Shown: piece after piece, positions 56,860-64,000 of the stretch
Position numbering within the stretch: the first letter of the stretch is position 1
Layout: every line of letters begins with the position of its first letter
Virus record (IMG/VR): IMGVR_UViG_3300017714_000004
Span: 1,893 to 65,892 of that record
Source of the DNA: a virus
Lineage: Duplodnaviria; Caudoviricetes
Reading direction: 5' to 3' (one strand)
DNA: 64,000 nt
Position numbers and translations under genes: made by a program
The notes under the pieces: generated by a model
The model's database searches: none
Told to the model about the DNA's origin: nothing
What the model saw: the letters and a program-made list of their open reading frames with translations, nothing else

Positions 56860-57210
56860 CTATGTGACCTTTTTTCTCTTAGAAGGCGTCTTTTTCTTGA
56901 CCGGAGTTTTCTTTTTGGTCACGGCAGGTTTTTTGGCTGCGACAGTTTTACGCGGCTTCCTTTTGGGTTTGACCGCAGTTTTCTTCGGCATCACAAATTC
57001 TTTTCGAAGGAACTCATTAACAGAAAGACCGCAGTTTCTCAACTCCTTTTGGAAACGAGTGATATCTTCCATCCACCACCCGTGTGGAGTTTCTAAGAAC
57101 TGACCGTAGTGGTCCATGATTTCATTAGCGAGTCGGTTGCACTCTTCGGTGTCCTTGTCGTAAAGGTACCGGACCTTTCGGTCATAATTCAGTTTAACGA
57201 TCTTAGGCAT
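56860..57210 (-). CDS. Hypothetical protein with histone-H1-like Lys-rich tail (116 aa)
   Basis: C-terminal PKKTAVKPKRKPRKTVAAKKPAVTKKKTPVKKK; GGAGAG RBS. Confidence 0.65.
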   Translation of the reverse strand: MPKIVKLNYDRKVRYLYDKDTEECNRLANEIMDHYGQFLETPHGWWMEDITRFQKELRNCGLSVNEFLRKEFVMPKKTAVKPKRKPRKTVAAKKPAVTKKKTPVKKKTPSKRKKVT

Positions 57211-57219
57211 TGTCTCTCC

Positions 57220-57441
57220 CTAGATTAGTTTGTAGACTTTCTTCATGGTGTACTCGCGAGCAGACGCAAACGGTGCCTCGAACCAATCTGAGGAACCCAT
57301 CACTTGAGGAGCAATACCATACTTCAAATATGCATTGACCAACTCAGCAACGTTGTTCGATTCGCACACAGGGCGCATCTCGTGTTCATCGTAAAGACGA
57401 ATCTCAGAACCGTCTTCAGTACAAGAAATATAATCTATCAT
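57220..57441 (-). CDS. Hypothetical protein (73 aa)
   Basis: ATGA-coupled ORF. Confidence 0.6.
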   Translation of the reverse strand: MIDYISCTEDGSEIRLYDEHEMRPVCESNNVAELVNAYLKYGIAPQVMGSSDWFEAPFASAREYTMKKVYKLI

Positions 57442-57650
57442 GCTACTTCTCCAAAAAATATACCAATGGGTGAACCGTTAGGACTACGGTATCCGATCTC
57501 ATGAATATCATCAACTCGAACCTCTTCACGGTAACCGTCTTCCCATTTTATTTCGACACTGTCGCGACCAACTTGACGATCGATTAGACCGTGTGCGATG
57601 GGGTACATGGCACCCCAGTTACCTTCGACTTTCTGACCGATTAAATTCAT
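57438..57650 (-). CDS. Hypothetical protein (70 aa)
   Basis: ATGA-coupled ORF. Confidence 0.6.
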   Translation of the reverse strand: MNLIGQKVEGNWGAMYPIAHGLIDRQVGRDSVEIKWEDGYREEVRVDDIHEIGYRSPNGSPIGIFFGEVA

Positions 57651-57919
57651 GCGGCTTCTCCTATAAATGCATAGCGAGGGTTCTTACAAAACATTCCGAC
57701 TTCGTCGAAACCCATCAAACAAAAACCGTCTAAAGGATCGGTACCTGCCTCATACTCGACCAGTTCGAAACCGGCACGGAAAGTTTTAACGTCTTTGATG
57801 TCTACTGGGATAACTGTCATGGCGACATCGTACTCTTCCTGTGTTAGGAAGGTAGCGTCTTCGTTGGTTTCTGTGTTGTCTGTCCAGTTCTCATTAGTCA
57901 TAATCAAATCTCTCTTCAT
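57647..57919 (-). CDS. Hypothetical protein
   Basis: First ORF after promoter copy 4; the start may be the internal MTNEN. Confidence 0.6.
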   Translation of the reverse strand: MKRDLIMTNENWTDNTETNEDATFLTQEEYDVAMTVIPVDIKDVKTFRAGFELVEYEAGTDPLDGFCLMGFDEVGMFCKNPRYAFIGEAA

Positions 57920-57922
57920 TAA

Positions 57923-57962
57923 TTTATGTAGCTATTATAGCATATTAAGAGATAAAACGCAA
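57923..57962 (-). promoter_or_regulatory. Early promoter copy 4
   Basis: TTGCGT-17-TATAAT-AGCTACATAAA. Confidence 0.75.
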
Positions 57963-58037
57963 GGGCATTAGCCAAAATAAATGGCTTATTTTTAGAACTT
58001 TTTGGCATAAGGATATAACTTTTTCGTATAAGGGACG

Positions 58038-58100
58038 AAAAAAAGAGGGGAGTCGTCCACGTACCTATCAGTCGGAATCTTCGAAAGACGGTCTCCCCTT
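58038..58100 (-). terminator. Terminator-like stem with large structured loop
   Basis: AGGGGAG..CGTC-(~30 nt)-GACG.CTCCCCT followed by a T tract. Confidence 0.5.
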
Positions 58101-58105
58101 TAAAA

Positions 58106-58471
58106 CTATGCTTCTTTATCAATGTCCCACTTAACGACTGGCTTACCGCGCATGTACGCAATGAGGGATTCACGTCGTTTAAAGTCTTCTAGCCATGGAG
58201 CGTTAGTTCTTTCCGCATCCAAGAACACGCCATTGGTTATGACCACGGGTACAAGTATTGACATGTGGACAATGATGCTCACCGGAATACTGTAACCAAA
58301 CCATCCGAAGTAAAACATGGCAATAAGACCGAAGAACGCACTCCACATAGTAAACAACACTATCATGAGGTAAGATTGCAGAACAGGTTCATTGATGAAC
58401 CTAAGTGGATTGAAACGGAGATCCATGATGGACCGCCAACTTGTAACTACAAAGTTTAGAAATTTAATCAT
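58106..58471 (-). CDS. Membrane protein (121 aa)
   Basis: Two hydrophobic helices (YLMIVLFTMWSAFFGLIAMFYF; IPVSIIVHMSILVPVVI). Confidence 0.7.
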   Translation of the reverse strand: MIKFLNFVVTSWRSIMDLRFNPLRFINEPVLQSYLMIVLFTMWSAFFGLIAMFYFGWFGYSIPVSIIVHMSILVPVVITNGVFLDAERTNAPWLEDFKRRESLIAYMRGKPVVKWDIDKEA

Positions 58472-58485
58472 AACAGTTTCCTATA

Positions 58486-58944
58486 TTAAGTTATTCCAGT
58501 ACCGCCACACATGTAGCAGTCTTCGTCCTCGTAATCGTCATACCCATAACCCGAACACTCTTGACATGTCTCATCGAGATCTTCATCGGAGTAGTCGAAC
58601 ATGTCTTCGGCGTTTTCCATCACCATCAACTGAGGATTGAAAGTGACCATCTTGGTGGTCATCTCCACAATGCGATCTATGGCAACATGGAAAAAGTCGT
58701 TCTCATACTTACCTTCATAGAGTCGACCCGTCGTGTAGGGTAGGACGCACTCAAACAACTCCTTATCGATCGCGCTTTTCTCGCGTAGGAACTTTAGGGC
58801 ACCGGACGTATTGTTACCCATACCGTTGTTGTAGAAGTCGTATTGCAGACGACCGGCCGAGCGGATCATCTCACCAGCGACAGTGTCACACTTGCCTTCG
58901 TTAGGTACCAACTCTGCAAAGATTCGATCAAAAGTATTACTCAT
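58486..58944 (-). CDS. Hypothetical protein with C-terminal CxxCxGxG zinc finger
   Basis: LVPNEGKCDTVAGEMIR...YDFYNNG N-terminal domain, then CQECSGYG...CYMCGGTG. Confidence 0.7.
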   Translation of the reverse strand: MSNTFDRIFAELVPNEGKCDTVAGEMIRSAGRLQYDFYNNGMGNNTSGALKFLREKSAIDKELFECVLPYTTGRLYEGKYENDFFHVAIDRIVEMTTKMVTFNPQLMVMENAEDMFDYSDEDLDETCQECSGYGYDDYEDEDCYMCGGTGIT

Positions 58945-58954
58945 AATAAATTCC

Positions 58955-59062
58955 TTAGTAGACGTAGGGTTCGACTGGGTGACCAGCCGCGAGCATCATT
59001 CCAGAATAAATGAAACCCCAAATCACAACTTGACCAAAAACAAACTCAGTTAACTGACTCAT
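58955..59062 (-). CDS. Tiny hydrophobic protein (35 aa)
   Basis: Hand translation MSQLTEFVFGQVVIWGFIYSGMMLAAGHPVEPYVY; fills the gap between neighbouring genes and has a GAGGAG RBS. Confidence 0.45.
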   Translation of the reverse strand: MSQLTEFVFGQVVIWGFIYSGMMLAAGHPVEPYVY

Positions 59063-59250
59063 TACGCATACTCCTCTTGATACTCATCGTAAGTCAAGTA
59101 CATGTCAGTGGTAGGATTAAGGTAGGCACCTTCACGTGCATCATAATACAAAGCACGTTGACCATCATAAAAGAATGGACCTTCAAGACCTTCACGTTCA
59201 ACGTACTGAGCGCGAAACTCTGGAGTGATGTTTAAAACTCGATAACCCAT
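59062..59250 (-). CDS. Hypothetical protein
   Basis: Start MGYRVL at 59250; GLEGPFFY...YYD.REG.Y..P.TD.Y motif. Confidence 0.65.
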   Translation of the reverse strand: MGYRVLNITPEFRAQYVEREGLEGPFFYDGQRALYYDAREGAYLNPTTDMYLTYDEYQEEYA

Positions 59251-59271
59251 AAAAACCTCTCTCAACTCGAC

Positions 59272-59312
59272 TTTATGTAGCTATTGTACCACATGTTTCT
59301 ACAACATGTCAA
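59272..59312 (-). promoter_or_regulatory. Early promoter copy 5
   Basis: TTGACA-18-TACAAT-AGCTACATAAA; the spacer is palindromic. Confidence 0.8.
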
Positions 59313-59335
59313 GGCATTATGCTAAATTATTTAAA

Positions 59336-60058
59336 TTATTTTATGGCGATGGCACCCACAAAGAGATGGTTCTGCCAGAAGGGTTGAATCTTGGTGGCAC
59401 AGAATCCCGCAGTCATGCAGAGTGAATGTAGATCATTCCAAGTTGAACACTTCATCATAGAACGGAGTTCACGTTCCTTAGATAACAAGTCTTCTGCTTC
59501 GAAGTTTTTAGACTTGTGATCATAGAACTGAAACGTCATGATTTCTTGGAGACGAGCATCTCTCGCCATAGTCTTCTCTGCAAATATGAATGCACCACCT
59601 GTGTTTAAACCAGCATATATCTTCTTCACTAAGTCACGTCGCGAACGTGGTGGCATGAACTGTAGAGTGAATAGAGAGGTGACGAGAGAACAGTTAGCGA
59701 ACGTTGCGTTACGCACATCCATATTATGGAAGTCTACATCACCCAGACCCTCATTATCAATCTGCTTGTGGCGAGAGTTCATGTTGTCAACAAATCCTTC
59801 CGCATACTCGATACCTGAGTAGTGCGCCAGAGGTGCGAATCGATTGTTCTGTTTCATCATCTCATAGATGGTCTTGCCCGTCGAACAACCGATGTCGACA
59901 ACGTCAGTTAGATCCTCGACAAAGTATTCGGATAACTTTATGACATCGTGATGTAGATTGCTGTACCCGCGAATAGAGTTCTCGATGTGATTATCGAATC
60001 CTTCCTCACGGTGGGCAAAACTAAAGTCTGGTTTGTTATAACTCTCTCTATCTTTCAT
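59336..60058 (-). CDS. cmoA: CmoA-like carboxy-SAM synthase
   Basis: DFSF...FDNHIENSIRGY...VVDIGCSTG...SLFTLQF...IYAGLNTGGAFIFAEK match CmoA motifs. Confidence 0.8.
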   Translation of the reverse strand: MKDRESYNKPDFSFAHREEGFDNHIENSIRGYSNLHHDVIKLSEYFVEDLTDVVDIGCSTGKTIYEMMKQNNRFAPLAHYSGIEYAEGFVDNMNSRHKQIDNEGLGDVDFHNMDVRNATFANCSLVTSLFTLQFMPPRSRRDLVKKIYAGLNTGGAFIFAEKTMARDARLQEIMTFQFYDHKSKNFEAEDLLSKERELRSMMKCSTWNDLHSLCMTAGFCATKIQPFWQNHLFVGAIAIK

Positions 60059-61196
60059 TGTACACCTTCAATACGTTCTCATAGACTGACTCAGCAATCT
60101 GTTTCATCATCAATGGTGGAACCATACGACCGATACGCTCTGCCTTCTGATTCCATTTACCCGTCAGTTTAAAGTCATCGGGAAGTGACATTATACGCTT
60201 TAATTCCCCTAGTGTCAACTTGCGAGACTCAGACCAATGAAATGCACCAGCGGTTGTATCCCCGTTACCCATTGCAGTCAATGTAGGTGCAGGCGCCTCT
60301 AGAGACACACGCTTGAGGTTGAAGTGATGACCCTTGGGATGATAATCACCACCAGTCAAAACTTTATCGGGGAACGTTGGCATTAGAGATCCAGTGTCTT
60401 TCCAGTACGCGGTTCTCTCAAACTTCTCCGTCAGATACTTAACTTCTTCTTCGTCATACTCCAGATCGACTAAAGCATCCTTGAGTGGTATGGCGGTTCT
60501 TGCTGGTTCTGGAAACAAGTGATTCATGGTCAAGAAGTTTAGTCCCACTTCATCCGCAACGTCTTGGCGTACTGCAATAAAGATGACACGACTACGCGTC
60601 TGGGATACACCATAGTAGCGAGAGTCCATGACTTCGGATACCACTTCATACCCAATGTTCTCGAACTCATTGAGGATACGATTGTAGTACTCTTTTGCCT
60701 CACCGATCGTGAGACCTTTAACATTCTCTGCAACGATGACTTTGGGTTGAATCTCGTTTGCCACACGTAGGAACTCAAAGAACAGATCTTCGATGTTCTC
60801 TACAATCTTACCATCGCTGTAGGACTTAGTCTGTCCCCACCCGTCAGAGTGTTTACCGTCAGATGAATGAGACAGTTTACCCGCGACAGAGAATGCAGAG
60901 CATGGAGGCGAACCGTCGAGGATATCCAACTCACCCTTCTCAAGACCAACAAGGTCCAGAAAGTCTTGACCTGTTAGTTCTTTGATGTCGTTCGGGACGA
61001 TAGGTGTGTCGGGATAGTTTTCTTTGTAGGTGACTCGTGCCTCTTCTACAAACTCATTGATGGCGAGAATGTCCGCACCCGCAAGGCGGTAACCTGTAGA
61101 AGATCCACCGCCCCCCGCGAACGTAGAAACGACTTTGAACTTTTTCTGGGATGCCGCGTCATAGACATCTTGTAAATTGTACGGGTTATAACTCAT
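60048..61196 (-). CDS. DNA cytosine-C5 methyltransferase family protein, probable carboxymethyltransferase
   Basis: FAGGGG (I), GSPPCSAFS (IV), ENVKG (VI) and QTRSRV (VIII); motif X reads GRMVPP instead of GNAVPP. Confidence 0.85.
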   Translation of the reverse strand: MSYNPYNLQDVYDAASQKKFKVVSTFAGGGGSSTGYRLAGADILAINEFVEEARVTYKENYPDTPIVPNDIKELTGQDFLDLVGLEKGELDILDGSPPCSAFSVAGKLSHSSDGKHSDGWGQTKSYSDGKIVENIEDLFFEFLRVANEIQPKVIVAENVKGLTIGEAKEYYNRILNEFENIGYEVVSEVMDSRYYGVSQTRSRVIFIAVRQDVADEVGLNFLTMNHLFPEPARTAIPLKDALVDLEYDEEEVKYLTEKFERTAYWKDTGSLMPTFPDKVLTGGDYHPKGHHFNLKRVSLEAPAPTLTAMGNGDTTAGAFHWSESRKLTLGELKRIMSLPDDFKLTGKWNQKAERIGRMVPPLMMKQIAESVYENVLKVYNER

Positions 61197-61221
61197 AATA
61201 TACCTTCATTTATTAACAGAC

Positions 61222-61250
61222 ATTATACAGTATATAGCATTGTCTGTCAA
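61222..61250 (-). promoter_or_regulatory. Sigma70-type promoter for the MTase-cmoA pair
   Basis: TTGACA-17-TATAAT, a perfect consensus. Confidence 0.8.
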
Positions 61251-62113
61251 GTGATAAAATCAGATAGGTCGGACACAAAGGTTTGTTGATAGTGATCGCG
61301 ACATAGGTCCATGACCCTGTTCCGACGTTTCCAGTTGATCTGGGTATCGAGCAACAATGACTCGAACAGTTTGTCTATTTGAGAACCCAACTGTAAATTG
61401 ATGTGAGGTTTTACATTACCAAAGAGTTTTTCGATCTCGTACTCTTCGCGTATGATGTTCTTCTGGTGTGGCGTGTTCAGTTCTTGCCATGAGAACTGCA
61501 TAAGATAGTCACGGACTCGTTGGTCACCCCACGGAGCAATATGGATCTTACCGTACATCTCCGCAACTTTGTTGTGGGTCGCAATACCAGCACAGTGTCC
61601 ATTGAGATACGCTTCACGGAACTCATTCCAGTTGACGCGTTTGTCTCCACTCTCTTTACACCACTTCACATAGTTACGCTTCTTTTTAAAAGAAGAGTAC
61701 CGTTGGGTTGCTTTACGAGACGCACCAAAGTATGCATCTGCGACCCATCCAGTGACCGAATACTTTTCGACCATGGCGTCATAAACATAAAGAAAAGGAT
61801 ATGCGGCTGCCTCGAACTCAGACTTTTTACGACAACCTAGTTCGACCAGTCGTTGGAAGTCTTGTTTGATGTTTGCGGTTGGTATGATGACCGGAGTGAA
61901 TTCCCACCCCATAGTATCTGCTACGTCACGTGCCTTGACAAAGTCATAGGACTCATGATTGTCCAGAGTGAAACTGTATGCGTGGACCTTGCGTCCAGCA
62001 TCCTGTGCGCTGATACCTACAGATATAGAATCGACACCGCCGGACAGTAGTAGTCCGACAGTGTCGTCTGTTACGTGAGTATCGATGTGATCAGTAATAA
62101 AGTCTCGTATCAT
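61247..62113 (-). CDS. Asparagine-synthetase-like ATP-dependent amide ligase (synthetase domain only)
   Basis: VGLLLSGGVDS PP-loop, TGWVADAYFG, APW...VRDY and KNIIR; no glutaminase domain. Confidence 0.75.
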   Translation of the reverse strand: MIRDFITDHIDTHVTDDTVGLLLSGGVDSISVGISAQDAGRKVHAYSFTLDNHESYDFVKARDVADTMGWEFTPVIIPTANIKQDFQRLVELGCRKKSEFEAAAYPFLYVYDAMVEKYSVTGWVADAYFGASRKATQRYSSFKKKRNYVKWCKESGDKRVNWNEFREAYLNGHCAGIATHNKVAEMYGKIHIAPWGDQRVRDYLMQFSWQELNTPHQKNIIREEYEIEKLFGNVKPHINLQLGSQIDKLFESLLLDTQINWKRRNRVMDLCRDHYQQTFVSDLSDFIT

Positions 62114-62121
62114 GCATCTAC

Positions 62122-63687
62122 TTATGCGGCGACTTCAAGTAACGTTTCACGTTCTGCGCGAAAGGACAGGTACTCATCAAAAGTGTACTTGTTAGACTTC
62201 TCATTGTTACATGAACCGCATAATATACGCAAGTTATCGGGAGTAGTAACACCACCCACATCGACTCCCCAAGAGTGAGGGATATCGTGGTCACCTTGAA
62301 CTTCGTTTGCCTCTAAAGGAACTGAACAAGATTCGCACTGACGATTGACTTCAACATAACGATTGTGGATATCTTGGTCACTGAACGTACGGAGACCATC
62401 TAATACCACAATACCGAACTCTTCGTAACGACCAGCAAATCGTGTCATCATCTGAGAGATTGTGAATCGTGTCTTACTCAAGTGATTGTGCACACCCAAG
62501 TACTTACTGAATGCAGCAGAAATAGTCCACTCATCGCTGCTGTCCTTGATCCACGCACCCAAGGTGTTGTCGCTCTTGATTTCCTCCAACATGTAAACCC
62601 ACGCACGGGCGAATGCCTTTGGATCTCTCACCACAAAGTTTTTTTGCTCTGATCGCAAAGCAGTGTCAATACTCATCAAGAATCGGGTGAGCGCAGTGAA
62701 GCTACCTTCGTTACGCTTTGCAGCCTTGATCTTAGTCGATGGATACTCATCGTAAATACTTGCGATAATATCTAACATCTTTATACTCGACTTGAGTGCA
62801 TTCTCAAACACGCGCTTCTCGCGGACGGTATACTTACCTGAATCGATAATAGAACCTTGCTCAAACATTTCATCAAGCTCATCGTCGCCACACGCAGCTG
62901 CGGCATCACCGTTAATGTTCATCTTCAACAAGCGAGAGGTCACAATGTCATACTTCAAGCGACCCGGCGCGAAACCAATGAATTTCGAATCAAGAAACAA
63001 TCGATGTGGAACAGTGTCTTGCTCATCGATTAGGCGCGATGTGTTACGAACCGCCTCTGCGATAACATTCTCATCTAGTGTATTGCGATGCTCCGCACGT
63101 GAGTGGTTTGAACCAGCATTACGGTTACGCGTCTCAATCGCATCCATGTTTGGTGTAGAGTTGTGATAAACAGTGAATAGCAGTTCTTCCTCTAACCAAC
63201 GGTTAAACGCAGCAGGATACGCCTCCAGAATTTCTTCAGCAGTCATACTAGCGATAGTTGTCTCACCACCGTGGTCATTGACAAAGTATGCCTGATTAGA
63301 CAACACGAACTGGTTACTCACGAACTCAGAGAAAGTTCGGCTGCGGTGACCACCGTCAGTAACACGTATTTGTAAACGCAGTTCACCGTCAGGTGTTGAG
63401 TAAACAGATACCGCAAGATTAGGTAAGTCATTACCCGTGAAGAAGGTCTCTGTGATACCTTGCTTCTTAGTCACCTTGTTCACATCTGGGCGATTAGTCT
63501 TAATAGACTTTATCACATATCCAAAGTGAATCAGTGCAAGGTACTCACGCACTGTAAGGATACGGCGTTCGCGAATACGGATACCGTTCTCATACTTGAA
63601 TTGGTTGTTCGGTGAGATGTCGGTGAATTTTGTTAAAACCGCACCAACATCAACTTCTCTGACTAAACTATCAAATAAAATGGTCAT
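62122..63687 (-). CDS. DUF262/ParB-like plus HNH nuclease (GmrSD-like architecture, 521 aa)
   Basis: VTDGGHRSRT (DGxxR) in the N-terminal domain; C-terminal CESC...DHDIPHS...GG.T..DNLRILCGSCNNEKS HNH motif. Confidence 0.72.
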   Translation of the reverse strand: MTILFDSLVREVDVGAVLTKFTDISPNNQFKYENGIRIRERRILTVREYLALIHFGYVIKSIKTNRPDVNKVTKKQGITETFFTGNDLPNLAVSVYSTPDGELRLQIRVTDGGHRSRTFSEFVSNQFVLSNQAYFVNDHGGETTIASMTAEEILEAYPAAFNRWLEEELLFTVYHNSTPNMDAIETRNRNAGSNHSRAEHRNTLDENVIAEAVRNTSRLIDEQDTVPHRLFLDSKFIGFAPGRLKYDIVTSRLLKMNINGDAAAACGDDELDEMFEQGSIIDSGKYTVREKRVFENALKSSIKMLDIIASIYDEYPSTKIKAAKRNEGSFTALTRFLMSIDTALRSEQKNFVVRDPKAFARAWVYMLEEIKSDNTLGAWIKDSSDEWTISAAFSKYLGVHNHLSKTRFTISQMMTRFAGRYEEFGIVVLDGLRTFSDQDIHNRYVEVNRQCESCSVPLEANEVQGDHDIPHSWGVDVGGVTTPDNLRILCGSCNNEKSNKYTFDEYLSFRAERETLLEVAA

Positions 63688-63710
63688 AATAAATAATCTC
63701 TTACTATTAA

Positions 63711-63751
63711 TTTATGTAGCTATAGTAACACATGTTTCTATAACATGTCAA
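63711..63751 (-). promoter_or_regulatory. Early promoter copy 6
   Basis: TTGACA-18-TACTAT-AGCTACATAAA; the spacer is nearly identical to copy 5. Confidence 0.78.
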
Positions 63752-63996
63752 GTGTTTTGCTCAATTATTTCCTTAATTTGTTTCTTGTTTAATTTCTTAA
63801 ACTTACGTCCTTTAGTAGACCAAGATTTCTTAGGCGTATTAAAGAGCTGGAAAACTCCAGTACGACGTGGTACGTAACCGACAAGGTCTGTACCTTTACT
63901 CACGTAGATGTGGTTGGTGATATTCTCCTCACCCCAATCGGTTATCTCTTCGCGCCACAGGAAACGACACGCTTCTTCAAGACTTATGATATTCAT
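63748..63996 (-). CDS. Hypothetical protein (82 aa)
   Basis: EITDW...NHIY...VGY...F..P...WS.KGRKF motif seen in small phage proteins. Confidence 0.6.
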   Translation of the reverse strand: MNIISLEEACRFLWREEITDWGEENITNHIYVSKGTDLVGYVPRRTGVFQLFNTPKKSWSTKGRKFKKLNKKQIKEIIEQNT

Positions 63997-64000
63997 ATTA

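Noticed and set aside
59336-60058. tRNA-modification auxiliary gene
   Set aside because: No cmoB-like partner or tRNA gene was seen, and it is coupled to a DNA MTase instead.
60048-61196. Ordinary orphan 5mC methyltransferase of a restriction-modification system
   Set aside because: The motif X Arg and the overlap with a cmoA-like gene favour carboxymethyl transfer, though plain methylation is not formally excluded.
1-64000. tRNA/rRNA genes, introns, inteins or stop-codon reassignment
   Set aside because: Intergenic gaps are short, core genes have normal lengths in the standard code, and I recognised no tRNA or splicing motifs by eye; a tRNAscan/Infernal run would be needed to exclude them.

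Overview
This window is a 64-kb segment of a T4-like (myovirus) phage genome, with a gene set resembling marine T4-like phages. Bases 1-51 kb form the late/structural module: neck genes 14/13, two giant acidic coiled-coil fibres at the wac/fibritin position, several other fibre genes, a DUF4815-type 2088-aa virion protein, baseplate genes 8, 7-like, 6, 25, 5, 27-like, 53 and 48, then genes 4, 2, 54, 26, 51 and a tape-measure candidate, all under TATAAATA late promoters. From 51 to 64 kb lie genes 32 and 33, a run of small early genes behind repeated sigma70-type promoters, and a DNA-modification cluster. Main highlights: (1) a 1585-aa protein whose two ~600-aa tetrapeptide-repeat arms mirror each other in exact register around a ~90-aa tip, i.e. 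a predicted giant self-pairing beta-hairpin fibre; (2) that gene and a ~357-triplet collagen gene are each followed by their own oxygenase plus glycosyltransferase pair; (3) a CmoA-like + Arg-variant C5-MTase + Asn-synthetase-like cluster predicting carboxymethyl-cytosine DNA hypermodification, next to a DUF262-HNH nuclease; (4) a candidate -1 frameshift fusing gp26 and gp51 upstream of the tape-measure gene. All family calls are by motif recognition, all counts were made by hand, and no searches were run.
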